64,000 bases of DNA. It comes from Escherichia coli (lineage in GTDB: Bacteria; Pseudomonadota; Gammaproteobacteria; Enterobacterales; Enterobacteriaceae). Of this stretch, positions 54,055-64,000 are shown piece by piece; within the stretch, counting starts at the first letter, position 1, and every line of letters starts with the position of its first letter. The notes beneath the pieces are model-generated. The model ran no database searches. It was given only the letters and a program-made list of their open reading frames with translations, and was not told the DNA's origin. The stretch lies in NCBI RefSeq assembly GCF_044324875.1, contig NZ_CP172185.1; one strand, 5' to 3'. The position numbers and the translations under genes were made by a program.

Positions 54055-55413
54055 ATGGAACAATATGATCAAATTGGCGCAAGACTGGACCGCTTGCCTT
54101 TGGCCCGGTTTCATTATCGTATATTTGGTATTATAAGCTTTAGTCTGTTATTAACGGGTTTTTTGAGTTATTCAGGCAATGTTGTTTTAGCAAAGCTGGT
54201 AAGCAATGGATGGTCAAATAATTTCCTCAATGCCGCCTTTACCTCGGCATTAATGTTTGGTTATTTCATCGGCTCTCTTACCGGTGGGTTCATCGGTGAT
54301 TATTTTGGGCGGCGCAGGGCTTTTCGCATAAATCTTCTCATCGTCGGTATTGCGGCAACAGGGGCCGCTTTTGTCCCTGATATGTACTGGTTCATCTTCT
54401 TTCGCTTCCTGATGGGCACAGGAATGGGGGCGCTGATTATGGTTGGCTATGCTTCGTTTACGGAGTTTATCCCCGCGACGGTGCGTGGAAAATGGTCCGC
54501 GCGACTCTCATTTGTCGGTAACTGGTCGCCCATGTTGTCTGCGGCGATAGGCGTGGTGGTTATCGCTTTTTTTAGTTGGCGGATAATGTTTCTGCTGGGT
54601 GGTATTGGCATACTGTTAGCCTGGTTTCTCTCAGGTAAATACTTTATTGAGTCGCCTCGATGGTTGGCGGGGAAAGGACAAATCGCAGGTGCAGAAAGCC
54701 AACTTCGTGAAGTAGAGCAGCAAATTGAAAGAGAGAAGAGTGTTCGTTTACCCCCGCTTACTTTGAATCAGAGCAACAGCAAGGCTAACGTAATCAATGG
54801 TACTTTCTGGCTGCTGTTTAAAGGGGAAATGTTACGACGTACATTAGTCGCGATTACTGTTTTAATTGCAATGAATATTTCACTTTATACCATCACCGTA
54901 TGGATACCGACCATATTTGTTAACTCCGGCATTGATGTCGATAAATCAATATTAATGACTGCTGTTATTATGATTGGCGCTCCGGTAGGAATATTTATTG
55001 CGGCATTAATTATTGATCATTTTCCTCGTCGATTATTTGGCTCCGCCTTACTTATTATTATTGCCGTGTTAGGCTATATCTATTCAATTCAGACTACAGA
55101 GTGGGCGATTTTAATCTATGGCCTGGTGATGATCTTCTTTTTATACATGTATGTTTGCTTCGCGTCGGCGGTTTATATCCCGGAGCTCTGGCCAACGCAT
55201 TTACGCTTGCGCGGTTCGGGTTTCGTTAATGCCGTCGGACGGATCGTCGCGGTCTTCACGCCTTATGGCGTTGCGGCACTATTAACGCATTATGGGTCAA
55301 TTACGGTGTTTATAGTGCTTGGCGTGATGTTAGTGCTCTGTGCGCTGGTTCTCTCCATTTTTGGCATCGAAACGCGGAAGGTGTCATTGGAAGAGATTTC
55401 TGAGGTGAATTAA
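54055..55413 (+). CDS. ydjE: MFS transporter YdjE
   Basis: 452-aa 12-TM ORF with MFS signature (GDYFGRRR); paralogous to YdjK. Confidence 0.88.
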   Translation: MEQYDQIGARLDRLPLARFHYRIFGIISFSLLLTGFLSYSGNVVLAKLVSNGWSNNFLNAAFTSALMFGYFIGSLTGGFIGDYFGRRRAFRINLLIVGIAATGAAFVPDMYWFIFFRFLMGTGMGALIMVGYASFTEFIPATVRGKWSARLSFVGNWSPMLSAAIGVVVIAFFSWRIMFLLGGIGILLAWFLSGKYFIESPRWLAGKGQIAGAESQLREVEQQIEREKSVRLPPLTLNQSNSKANVINGTFWLLFKGEMLRRTLVAITVLIAMNISLYTITVWIPTIFVNSGIDVDKSILMTAVIMIGAPVGIFIAALIIDHFPRRLFGSALLIIIAVLGYIYSIQTTEWAILIYGLVMIFFLYMYVCFASAVYIPELWPTHLRLRGSGFVNAVGRIVAVFTPYGVAALLTHYGSITVFIVLGVMLVLCALVLSIFGIETRKVSLEEISEVN

Positions 55414-55464
55414 ATCTTTCGTTGATGGCGTCAATTGCCAGATGTACCACTGACGTGTTTTATC

Positions 55465-55498
55465 TGGCCTACAATGGCAGTACAGAATTGTAGGCCAG
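55465..55498. terminator. Hairpin between convergent ydjE and pncA (ctggcctacaat ... attgtaggccag)
   Basis: 12-bp inverted repeat seen in sequence. Confidence 0.4.
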
Positions 55499-55505
55499 CA
55501 TAAAA

Positions 55506-56147
55506 TTACTCCTGCGTCTCTTCCCAGTCTGCCAGCGTATATAGCGTTGCCCCAGCTGCTGACATCTCCATAAACGCGTGCGCACTGTCCTGTGGCTGGA
55601 TATTCACACCACGACAACCATCGGTAATCACATTAACCTTATAACCTAACTGTAACGCGTCCAGTACGGTAAACTTCACGCAATAGTCAGTAGCCAGGCC
55701 CATAATGATCAATTCATCGATTTCATGATCGCGTAACCAGTCATCGAGCGTGGTTTTCTGCCGACGGCCGTTATCAAAAAAGGCACTGTAACTGTCAACT
55801 AAAGGATTTTCGCCTTTATGGAACACCGCTGCGATCGCTTTTTGGTTCAGTAACGGATGTAATTGTGCGCCTTCACTGTTCTGCACACAGTGATCTGGCC
55901 AGAAGGTTTGTGGCAAACCGTCGAGTTGGCCTGGCGTATAAGGCTCTACACCGTGCTGACTGGCAAAACTGCCGTGATTCGCCGGGTGCCAGTCCTGACT
56001 GGCGATAACCGCTTCTCCGCGCGACTGGCACCAGTCAATCAGGCGGTTAGCGACATCCACCGTACTGTCACCTTCCGGCACGGCGAGCGCGCCACCAGCA
56101 CAGAAATCATTTTGTAAATCGACCAGTAACAGGGCGCGAGGGGGCAT
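55506..56147 (-). CDS. pncA: Nicotinamidase/pyrazinamidase PncA
   Basis: ORF 55506-56165; start at MPPRALLLVDLQNDFCAGG... to give 213 aa. Confidence 0.9.
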   Translation of the reverse strand: MPPRALLLVDLQNDFCAGGALAVPEGDSTVDVANRLIDWCQSRGEAVIASQDWHPANHGSFASQHGVEPYTPGQLDGLPQTFWPDHCVQNSEGAQLHPLLNQKAIAAVFHKGENPLVDSYSAFFDNGRRQKTTLDDWLRDHEIDELIIMGLATDYCVKFTVLDALQLGYKVNVITDGCRGVNIQPQDSAHAFMEMSAAGATLYTLADWEETQE

Positions 56148-56157
56148 TGCAGTCTCC

Positions 56158-57174
56158 TTAATCATCCGGCGTCAGTTCGCCGCGCAGGTTTTGGCTCATG
56201 GCCTTGCGAATGGTTTCAGTATCCAGTTCCTGGCTAAGCAGGTAATGCAGTTTGGTTAGTGTGGCTTCTACAGTCATATCTGCACCGCCAATAACGCCGG
56301 CATGGGCGAGGGCGTTACCGGTGGCATAACCACCCATGTTCACTTTACCGGACATACATTGTGTCAGGTTGACCACCACAATACCGCGATCGCTGGCTTC
56401 TTGTAATTCCTGCAGGAAGGCTTTGTTTTGTGGCGCATTACCCACGCCATAGGAGCGCAGAATCAATGCTTTCACCGGTTGGCGCAGAAAATTGCGCACG
56501 ACGTCAGCAGAAATCCCTGGATAAATCGTCACTACGCCAATCGGTTGTGGGGTGATTGGATGAACGATCAATTCCCCTTCACCGTGCGGGGCGGGTGGCG
56601 TATTCAAACGACGAATATGGATACCTGCTTCCAGTAACGGAGGAAGGTTTGGAGAGGCAAACGCATCAAAACCATCGGCATGGGCTTTGGTGGTACGGTT
56701 GCCACGATAAAGTCGATTATTAAAAAAGAGAGTTACTTCGTTGATAGGATAATTCGCCGCAACGTACAACGCATTCAGCAGATTAATTTGTCCGTCAGAG
56801 CGTAACTCAGCTAGCGGGATTTGTGACCCTGTCACAATAACCGGTTTACCGAGATTCTCGAGCATGAACGACAGCGCAGAGGCGGTATACGCCATCGTGT
56901 CGGTACCGTGCAGAATGACAAAACCATCATAGTCGTCATAATGCACTTTAATATCTTCAGCAATATGCTGCCAGTCTTCTGGCGTCATATCTGAAGAGTC
57001 CATCAGCGGCGTATATTCATGAATGGTGAAATCTGGCATCTCCGGGCGATGGAATTCCGGCATCAGCGCCAGTTGGCGCTGTAGATGACCTGACACCGGA
57101 ATATAACCCTGCTCGGAACGCTGCATCCCGATGGTCCCGCCCGTGTAGGCGACGTAAATTGATTTCTTTTGCAT
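56158..57174 (-). CDS. ansA: Cytoplasmic L-asparaginase 1
   Basis: ORF 56158-57327; start at MQKKSIYVAYTGGTIGM... to give 338 aa; asparaginase threonine motif TGGTIG present. Confidence 0.93.
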   Translation of the reverse strand: MQKKSIYVAYTGGTIGMQRSEQGYIPVSGHLQRQLALMPEFHRPEMPDFTIHEYTPLMDSSDMTPEDWQHIAEDIKVHYDDYDGFVILHGTDTMAYTASALSFMLENLGKPVIVTGSQIPLAELRSDGQINLLNALYVAANYPINEVTLFFNNRLYRGNRTTKAHADGFDAFASPNLPPLLEAGIHIRRLNTPPAPHGEGELIVHPITPQPIGVVTIYPGISADVVRNFLRQPVKALILRSYGVGNAPQNKAFLQELQEASDRGIVVVNLTQCMSGKVNMGGYATGNALAHAGVIGGADMTVEATLTKLHYLLSQELDTETIRKAMSQNLRGELTPDD

Positions 57175-57339
57175 GATATTGATATGAATGATATCGAAAG
57201 AGCAAAAGTATATACGTGAGGCAGGGGGAGCGCACCTGATACTATGCGGATAAGGAAATATGGGGCGAGACAGCGGGAAGAGGATTCGTCGAGGTAAAAA
57301 AAATGTGGCCGACGATCTGTCGGCCACTCAGTACAAGAC

Positions 57340-59196
57340 TTAACGCACGTTGGCGCAGGTCAGGCAAAACGCATAACGGTTTTGTGGGTCGTTAAACGCT
57401 GCCAGCTTGTCGCTTTCACTTTTAACGGTAGAGGCTACCGAGGCCAGCGGTGCAGGTAACATGGCCTGGAACGCATCTGGCAACATTGCCCGGACAGAAC
57501 CAGACATGTTGTCCATCACTTTGTCGAAGAAGGTCGGTTCATCAACGTAGTATTCCAGATGCCACTGTTTCACTTTTGCCAGCTCTGCTGCTTTGGCGAC
57601 CGCATCATCGAAATCACCGAGACTATCGACCAGCCCGTTAGCTTTTGCATCCTGACCGGTCCAGACGTGGCCCTGGGCGATTTTATCAATCTGCTCCGGC
57701 GTCGAATGACGCGCATCAGCAACCAGCGTGATAAAGCGTTTATAGCCATTCTCAATGCTTAACTGCATCATCTGCTGCGCTTCCGGCGGCAGTGCCCTGG
57801 TGATGGAAATATCTGCCAGCGGTGAAGTTGAGACGCCATCGGTATGAACACCAATCGAATCCAGACTATTTTCTACGGTAGTGATCACGCCGAAGATACC
57901 GATAGAACCGGTCAGGGTGCTGGGGTTAGCCACAATGTAATTAGCTGGTGTGGAAATCCAGTAACCACCAGATGCCGCCATGCCGCCCATCGATACAACC
58001 ACAGGCTTACCCGCTGCCCGGGCTGCTGCCAGTTCAGCGCGAATCACTTCAGACGCGGTAACGCTGCCGCCTGGGCTATTAACACGCAGGACAATCGCTT
58101 TCACTTTCGGGTCAAGGCGAGCGTCGCGGATTTGTGCCGCAGTGGTATCACCGCCAACATTCCCCTGAGTTTCCTCGCCATCCATAATTGCGCCATTAGC
58201 GAAGACGACACCGATGCTGTCACCGGTATCTGCCGGCGTTTTCAATGCGTAATCGTAATAACTGATGGCGCGATAATTTTTATCAGTCTTGCTCCAGCCG
58301 AACTCTTTGGTCAGAGTTTTTTCGATTTCCGCACTCGATGCCAGTGCATCGACCAGCTTGTTTTCCAGCGCATATTTCGCGGTATCGCCACCGGTTTTGG
58401 TTAAACCCTCAAGCACCCCTTGCGCGCCAGGGAATACCTGCTGAGCAGGGATCTGCCGGTTAGCGGCAACAGTATTCAGATAGTTTTGCCACAGCTCACC
58501 AATCCAGCGGCTGTCAGCTTCGCGGGCTGCCGGTGACATATCATCACGAATAAACGGTTCAACGGCAGATTTATACGTACCCACGCGGAACACATGGGTG
58601 GAAACTTTCAGCTTATCCAGTAACGATTTGTAGTACAGACCGTTGGTGGCAAAGCCGTGCAGATCAACCACGCCTTGCGGAGACAGCCAAATTTTATTGG
58701 CGAAACTGGCGAGATAATATTGCCCCTGGCTGTAGTTCTCGCCTATGGCATAAACTGGTTTCCCGCTGTCACGAAACTCTTTCAGGGCTTTGCCGATGTA
58801 CTGCATAGACGGCTGGTCGCCGCCTGCGAAGTTTTTCAGATCCATCACGATACCGGTGATATTGCGGTCGTCCTTCGCCTGGCGAATGGTGTTGACGATA
58901 TCAAACAGTGAGTTTTCCTGCAGACGATCGGAACTGGCACCAAGTAGTTGGCGGCTTAATTTACTAAACCGCTGAGAACTTTCGGGTTTATCGACGATCA
59001 CACCAGATATGTCCAGCAGCAGCGCGCCACGACTGGCCGTTTCTTTCGAATCACCACCACTGACCTGCATCCAGATCCCCACACCAACCAGCACGAGAAA
59101 AATAAAGAACAGGTTAAGTACCATTTCACGGACGAAATTCAGCAGACGCCACGTCCATTTAAAAAATCCGGCAATAAATCGCCAAAGGGTTCGCAT
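57340..59196 (-). CDS. sppA: Signal peptide peptidase A (protease IV)
   Basis: ORF 57340-59340; start at [14 protein letters not shown]... to give 618 aa; tandem ClpP/crotonase-like S49 domains. Confidence 0.92.
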
Positions 59197-59356
59197 GTAT
59201 TCTCCCAACTTAAGGTCACACCTGTCACAGGCGCAATAGATGTGGTTATCGTAATGACCCAACCGGCACTTGTCAGCAGGAATTGCGGACTGTGCTGTAA
59301 CAAAATCCACTCTCGTGTTAATTTTGTGAATAAATATCATGACAGGAGTTAATCAA

Positions 59357-59908
59357 ATGGATGCACTCGAACTATTGATCAATCGCCGTAGCGCCTCCCG
59401 CCTGGCTGAACCTGCGCCAACGGGTGAACAACTGCAAAACATACTGCGAGCGGGTATGCGTGCGCCGGACCATAAGTCCATGCAACCGTGGCATTTTTTT
59501 GTGATTGAAGGGGAAGGACGCGAGCGTTTCAGCGCATTATTGGAACAGGGGGCCATTGCTGCCGGTAGTGATGACAAAGCTATCGACAAAGCGCGTAATG
59601 CGCCGTTCCGCGCACCGCTCATCATAACGGTGGTGGCAAAATGCGAAGAAAATCATAAAGTCCCGCGCTGGGAACAGGAAATGTCTGCGGGATGCGCGGT
59701 CATGGCGATGCAAATGGCAGCCGTTGCCCAGGGATTTGGCGGCATCTGGCGCAGTGGCGCATTAACTGAAAGTCCGGTAGTGCGTGAAGCATTCGGTTGC
59801 CGTGAGCAGGATAAAATTGTCGGTTTTCTCTACCTTGGTACGCCGCAGCTGAAAGCATCTACGTCGATAAACGTCCCGGACCCGACGCCGTTTGTCACTT
59901 ATTTCTGA
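59357..59908 (+). CDS. ydjA: Nitroreductase-family protein YdjA
   Basis: ORF 59339-59908; start at [19 protein letters not shown]... to give 183 aa. Confidence 0.9.
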   Translation: MDALELLINRRSASRLAEPAPTGEQLQNILRAGMRAPDHKSMQPWHFFVIEGEGRERFSALLEQGAIAAGSDDKAIDKARNAPFRAPLIITVVAKCEENHKVPRWEQEMSAGCAVMAMQMAAVAQGFGGIWRSGALTESPVVREAFGCREQDKIVGFLYLGTPQLKASTSINVPDPTPFVTYF

Positions 59909-60024
59909 TAATTGTCGCGAAACTGTCTGGATTGTGAGCAAAGGCGCAGGAATTCAGACACTCTCACTTATCACTTCACGGAATGAGGGTTACCATACCC
60001 GGATTGCATTGACAGGAGATGTCC

Positions 60025-61068
60025 ATGAGCGAGAACTCGATTCGTTTGACCCAATACAGCCACGGAGCTGGTTGCGGCTGTAAAATTTCCCCAAAAGTGT
60101 TGGAAACCATCCTGCACAGTGAGCAGGCGAAGTTTGTTGATCCGAATTTGCTTGTGGGTAATGAAACCCGCGACGATGCGGCGGTGTACGATCTGGGCAA
60201 TGGCACCAGCGTTATCAGTACCACCGACTTCTTTATGCCGATCGTTGATAATCCTTTCGATTTTGGCCGCATTGCGGCGACTAACGCCATCAGTGATATC
60301 TTCGCGATGGGTGGCAAACCGATTATGGCGATTGCGATCCTCGGCTGGCCTATTAACAAACTATCCCCTGAAATTGCCCGCGAAGTAACCGAAGGTGGAC
60401 GCTATGCATGCCGTCAGGCGGGTATTGCGCTGGCTGGCGGTCACTCCATCGATGCGCCGGAGCCGATTTTTGGTCTGGCGGTAACGGGGATCGTACCGAC
60501 CGAGCGGGTGAAGAAAAACAGTACCGCACAAGCCGGATGCAAACTGTTCCTGACGAAACCGCTGGGGATCGGCGTTCTTACCACGGCTGAGAAAAAATCA
60601 CTGCTGAAACCAGAACATCAGGGACTGGCGACGGAAGTGATGTGCCGGATGAACATCGCAGGCGCGTCCTTTGCCAACATCGAAGGCGTAAAAGCGATGA
60701 CCGACGTTACGGGCTTTGGTCTGCTGGGGCATTTAAGCGAAATGTGTCAGGGTGCTGGTGTGCAGGCGCGCGTCGACTATGAAGCGATCCCGAAACTGCC
60801 GGGGGTTGAAGAGTACATTAAGTTGGGCGCAGTGCCTGGCGGCACCGAACGTAACTTTGCCAGCTACGGTCATCTGATGGGTGAAATGCCGCGTGAAGTG
60901 CGCGATCTGCTGTGCGATCCGCAAACTTCTGGCGGTTTGCTGCTTGCGGTCATGCCGGAAGCAGAAAATGAGGTCAAAGCTACAGCCGCCGAGTTTGGCA
61001 TTGAACTGACGGCGATTGGCGAACTGGTGCCAGCGCGCGGCGGTCGTGCCATGGTTGAGATCCGTTAA
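60025..61068 (+). CDS. selD: Selenide, water dikinase (selenophosphate synthetase), Cys-type
   Basis: ORF 60019-61068; start at [24 protein letters not shown]... to give 347 aa; the active site is encoded by a Cys codon, not an in-frame TGA. Confidence 0.93.
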
Positions 61069-61072
61069 TTCA

Positions 61073-63028
61073 ATGCGGTTGTTTATTGCCGAAAAACCGA
61101 GTCTGGCGCGCGCCATTGCTGATGTCCTGCCCAAACCGCACCGGAAAGGCGATGGCTTTATCGAGTGCGGTAATGGTCAGGTGGTGACCTGGTGTATCGG
61201 TCACCTGCTTGAGCAGGCGCAGCCAGACGCCTACGACAGCCGCTATGCGCGCTGGAATCTTGCTGATTTGCCGATTGTCCCGGAAAAGTGGCAATTACAG
61301 CCCCGACCCTCCGTGACCAAACAACTTAATGTCATCAAACGCTTCCTGCATGAAGCCAGCGAAATCGTTCACGCCGGTGACCCGGATCGCGAAGGGCAAT
61401 TACTGGTGGATGAAGTGCTGGACTATCTGCAACTGGCACCGGAAAAGCGCCAGCAGGTGCAGCGTTGCTTGATAAACGACCTGAACCCGCAGGCGGTTGA
61501 GCGGGCGATCGACCGTCTTCGTTCCAACAGTGAGTTTGTGCCGTTGTGCGTTTCTGCACTGGCGCGAGCCCGAGCCGACTGGCTGTACGGCATCAATATG
61601 ACCCGTGCGTATACTATTCTCGGTCGCAATGCCGGTTATCAGGGCGTACTTTCCGTGGGACGCGTGCAGACGCCCGTGCTCGGGCTGGTAGTGCGCCGCG
61701 ACGAAGAGATTGAAAACTTCGTGGCGAAAGATTTCTTTGAAGTCAAAGCGCATATCGTGACACCTGCCGATGAGCGGTTTACCGCTATCTGGCAACCGAG
61801 CGAAGCGTGTGAACCTTATCAGGATGAAGAAGGGCGCTTGTTACATCGTCCGCTGGCGGAGCATGTGGTCAACCGCATCAGCGGCCAACCGGCTATTGTC
61901 ACCAGCTATAACGATAAACGGGAATCAGAATCCGCACCGCTGCCGTTTTCGCTTTCGGCGTTGCAGATTGAAGCGGCAAAACGCTTTGGTCTGAGTGCGC
62001 AGAACGTGCTTGATATCTGCCAGAAGTTGTACGAAACGCACAAGCTAATCACTTATCCGCGTTCCGATTGTCGCTATCTGCCGGAAGAGCATTTTGCCGG
62101 ACGCCACGCAGTGATGAATGCCATCAGCGTTCATGCACCGGACTTGTTACCGCAGCCAGTGGTCGATCCAGATATACGCAACCGCTGCTGGGATGACAAA
62201 AAGGTCGATGCGCACCACGCCATCATCCCGACCGCACGGAGTTCTGCGATCAACCTGACGGAGAACGAAGCGAAGGTCTATAACCTGATTGCCCGTCAGT
62301 ATTTGATGCAGTTCTGCCCGGATGCGGTGTTCCGCAAGTGTGTTATCGAACTGGACATTGCCAAAGGCAAATTTGTCGCTAAAGCCCGTTTTCTTGCTGA
62401 AGCAGGCTGGCGCACACTGTTAGGCAGCAAAGAGCGCGATGAAGAAAACGACGGCACGCCGCTGCCTGTGGTGGCGAAAGGCGATGAGTTGCTGTGTGAA
62501 AAAGGTGAAGTGGTAGAGCGGCAAACCCAGCCGCCGCGCCATTTTACCGATGCAACACTGCTTTCGGCGATGACCGGGATCGCGCGCTTTGTGCAGGACA
62601 AAGATCTGAAAAAGATCCTTCGTGCGACCGATGGCCTGGGGACAGAAGCAACCCGTGCCGGGATTATTGAACTGCTGTTCAAGCGAGGCTTCCTGACCAA
62701 AAAAGGGCGCTATATCCACTCCACCGACGCCGGAAAAGCGCTATTCCATTCGCTGCCAGAAATGGCGACGCGACCGGACATGACCGCGCACTGGGAATCG
62801 GTGCTGACGCAAATCAGTGAAAAGCAGTGTCGCTATCAGGACTTTATGCAGCCGCTGGTGGGGACATTGTACCAGTTGATTGATCAGGCAAAGCGCACGT
62901 CGGTAAGGCAGTTTCGGGGAATAATGGCTCCCGGCGGTGGAGAAGGGAAGAAAAAGGATTCGCCACGCAAGAGAGCGCCGAAAAAAAGCCCGCCATCAGA
63001 AGAGGCGGGCAATGGAGTGATAACATAA
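61073..63028 (+). CDS. topB: DNA topoisomerase III
   Basis: ORF 61016-63028; start at [19 protein letters not shown]... 5 bp after the selD stop; Toprim and topoisomerase IA domains with a basic C-terminal tail. Confidence 0.93.
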   Translation: MRLFIAEKPSLARAIADVLPKPHRKGDGFIECGNGQVVTWCIGHLLEQAQPDAYDSRYARWNLADLPIVPEKWQLQPRPSVTKQLNVIKRFLHEASEIVHAGDPDREGQLLVDEVLDYLQLAPEKRQQVQRCLINDLNPQAVERAIDRLRSNSEFVPLCVSALARARADWLYGINMTRAYTILGRNAGYQGVLSVGRVQTPVLGLVVRRDEEIENFVAKDFFEVKAHIVTPADERFTAIWQPSEACEPYQDEEGRLLHRPLAEHVVNRISGQPAIVTSYNDKRESESAPLPFSLSALQIEAAKRFGLSAQNVLDICQKLYETHKLITYPRSDCRYLPEEHFAGRHAVMNAISVHAPDLLPQPVVDPDIRNRCWDDKKVDAHHAIIPTARSSAINLTENEAKVYNLIARQYLMQFCPDAVFRKCVIELDIAKGKFVAKARFLAEAGWRTLLGSKERDEENDGTPLPVVAKGDELLCEKGEVVERQTQPPRHFTDATLLSAMTGIARFVQDKDLKKILRATDGLGTEATRAGIIELLFKRGFLTKKGRYIHSTDAGKALFHSLPEMATRPDMTAHWESVLTQISEKQCRYQDFMQPLVGTLYQLIDQAKRTSVRQFRGIMAPGGGEGKKKDSPRKRAPKKSPPSEEAGNGVIT

Positions 63029-63062
63029 AGGTTCTTTCAACCATCTGATACTGAAGATTTTT

Positions 63063-63081
63063 ATGGCCGGATAAGGCGTTT
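63063..63081. repeat. Half of a REP palindromic unit (GGCCGGATAAGGCGTT) interrupted by the IS3-family element
   Basis: The sequence immediately 5' of the IS end matches the reverse complement of the 3' half of the E. coli REP consensus (...GAACGCCTTATCCGGCC); the other half would lie beyond the window. Confidence 0.45.

Positions 63082-64000
<919 letters not shown>

Noticed and set aside
60025-61068. Possible selenocysteine (in-frame TGA plus SECIS) in selD
   Set aside because: The active-site residue is a Cys codon (HGAGCGCK) and no in-frame TGA is present; this is the standard E. coli Cys-type SelD.

Overview
This window is ordinary Escherichia coli core chromosome, collinear with the K-12 manX to topB interval but in inverted orientation, and I found no convincingly novel system in it. 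Gene order: manX (5' part), yoaE, pdeD, sdaA, nudL, pabB, yoaH, yoaC, yoaB, yoaA, tsaB, yeaY, fadD, rnd, yeaX-yeaW-yeaV, dmlA, dmlR, leuE, yeaR::IS66, yoaG, yeaQ, yoaJ-yoaK, dgcP, yoaF, yeaO, nimT, nimR, yeaL, yoaI, yeaK, dgcJ, dgcI, yeaH-yeaG, mipA, yeaE::IS21, yeaD, gapA, msrB, yeaC, ydjLKJIHG, ydjF, ydjE, pncA, ansA, sppA, ydjA, selD, topB. The strain differs from K-12 by three insertion sequences: a 2442-bp IS66-family element (ISEc8-like) splitting yeaR with an 8-bp target duplication, a roughly 2.64-kb IS21-family element splitting yeaE, and an IS3-family element (window-truncated) sitting in a REP palindromic unit downstream of topB. No rRNA, tRNA or CRISPR array was seen. The least characterised native loci are the yeaG-yeaH kinase pair (with a sigma54-type promoter visible upstream), the ydj sugar-catabolic cluster, and a group of c-di-GMP genes. 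Gene calls rest on recognising the translated ORFs and on synteny, and start codons were chosen by recalled K-12 protein lengths; none of this was verified by alignment.
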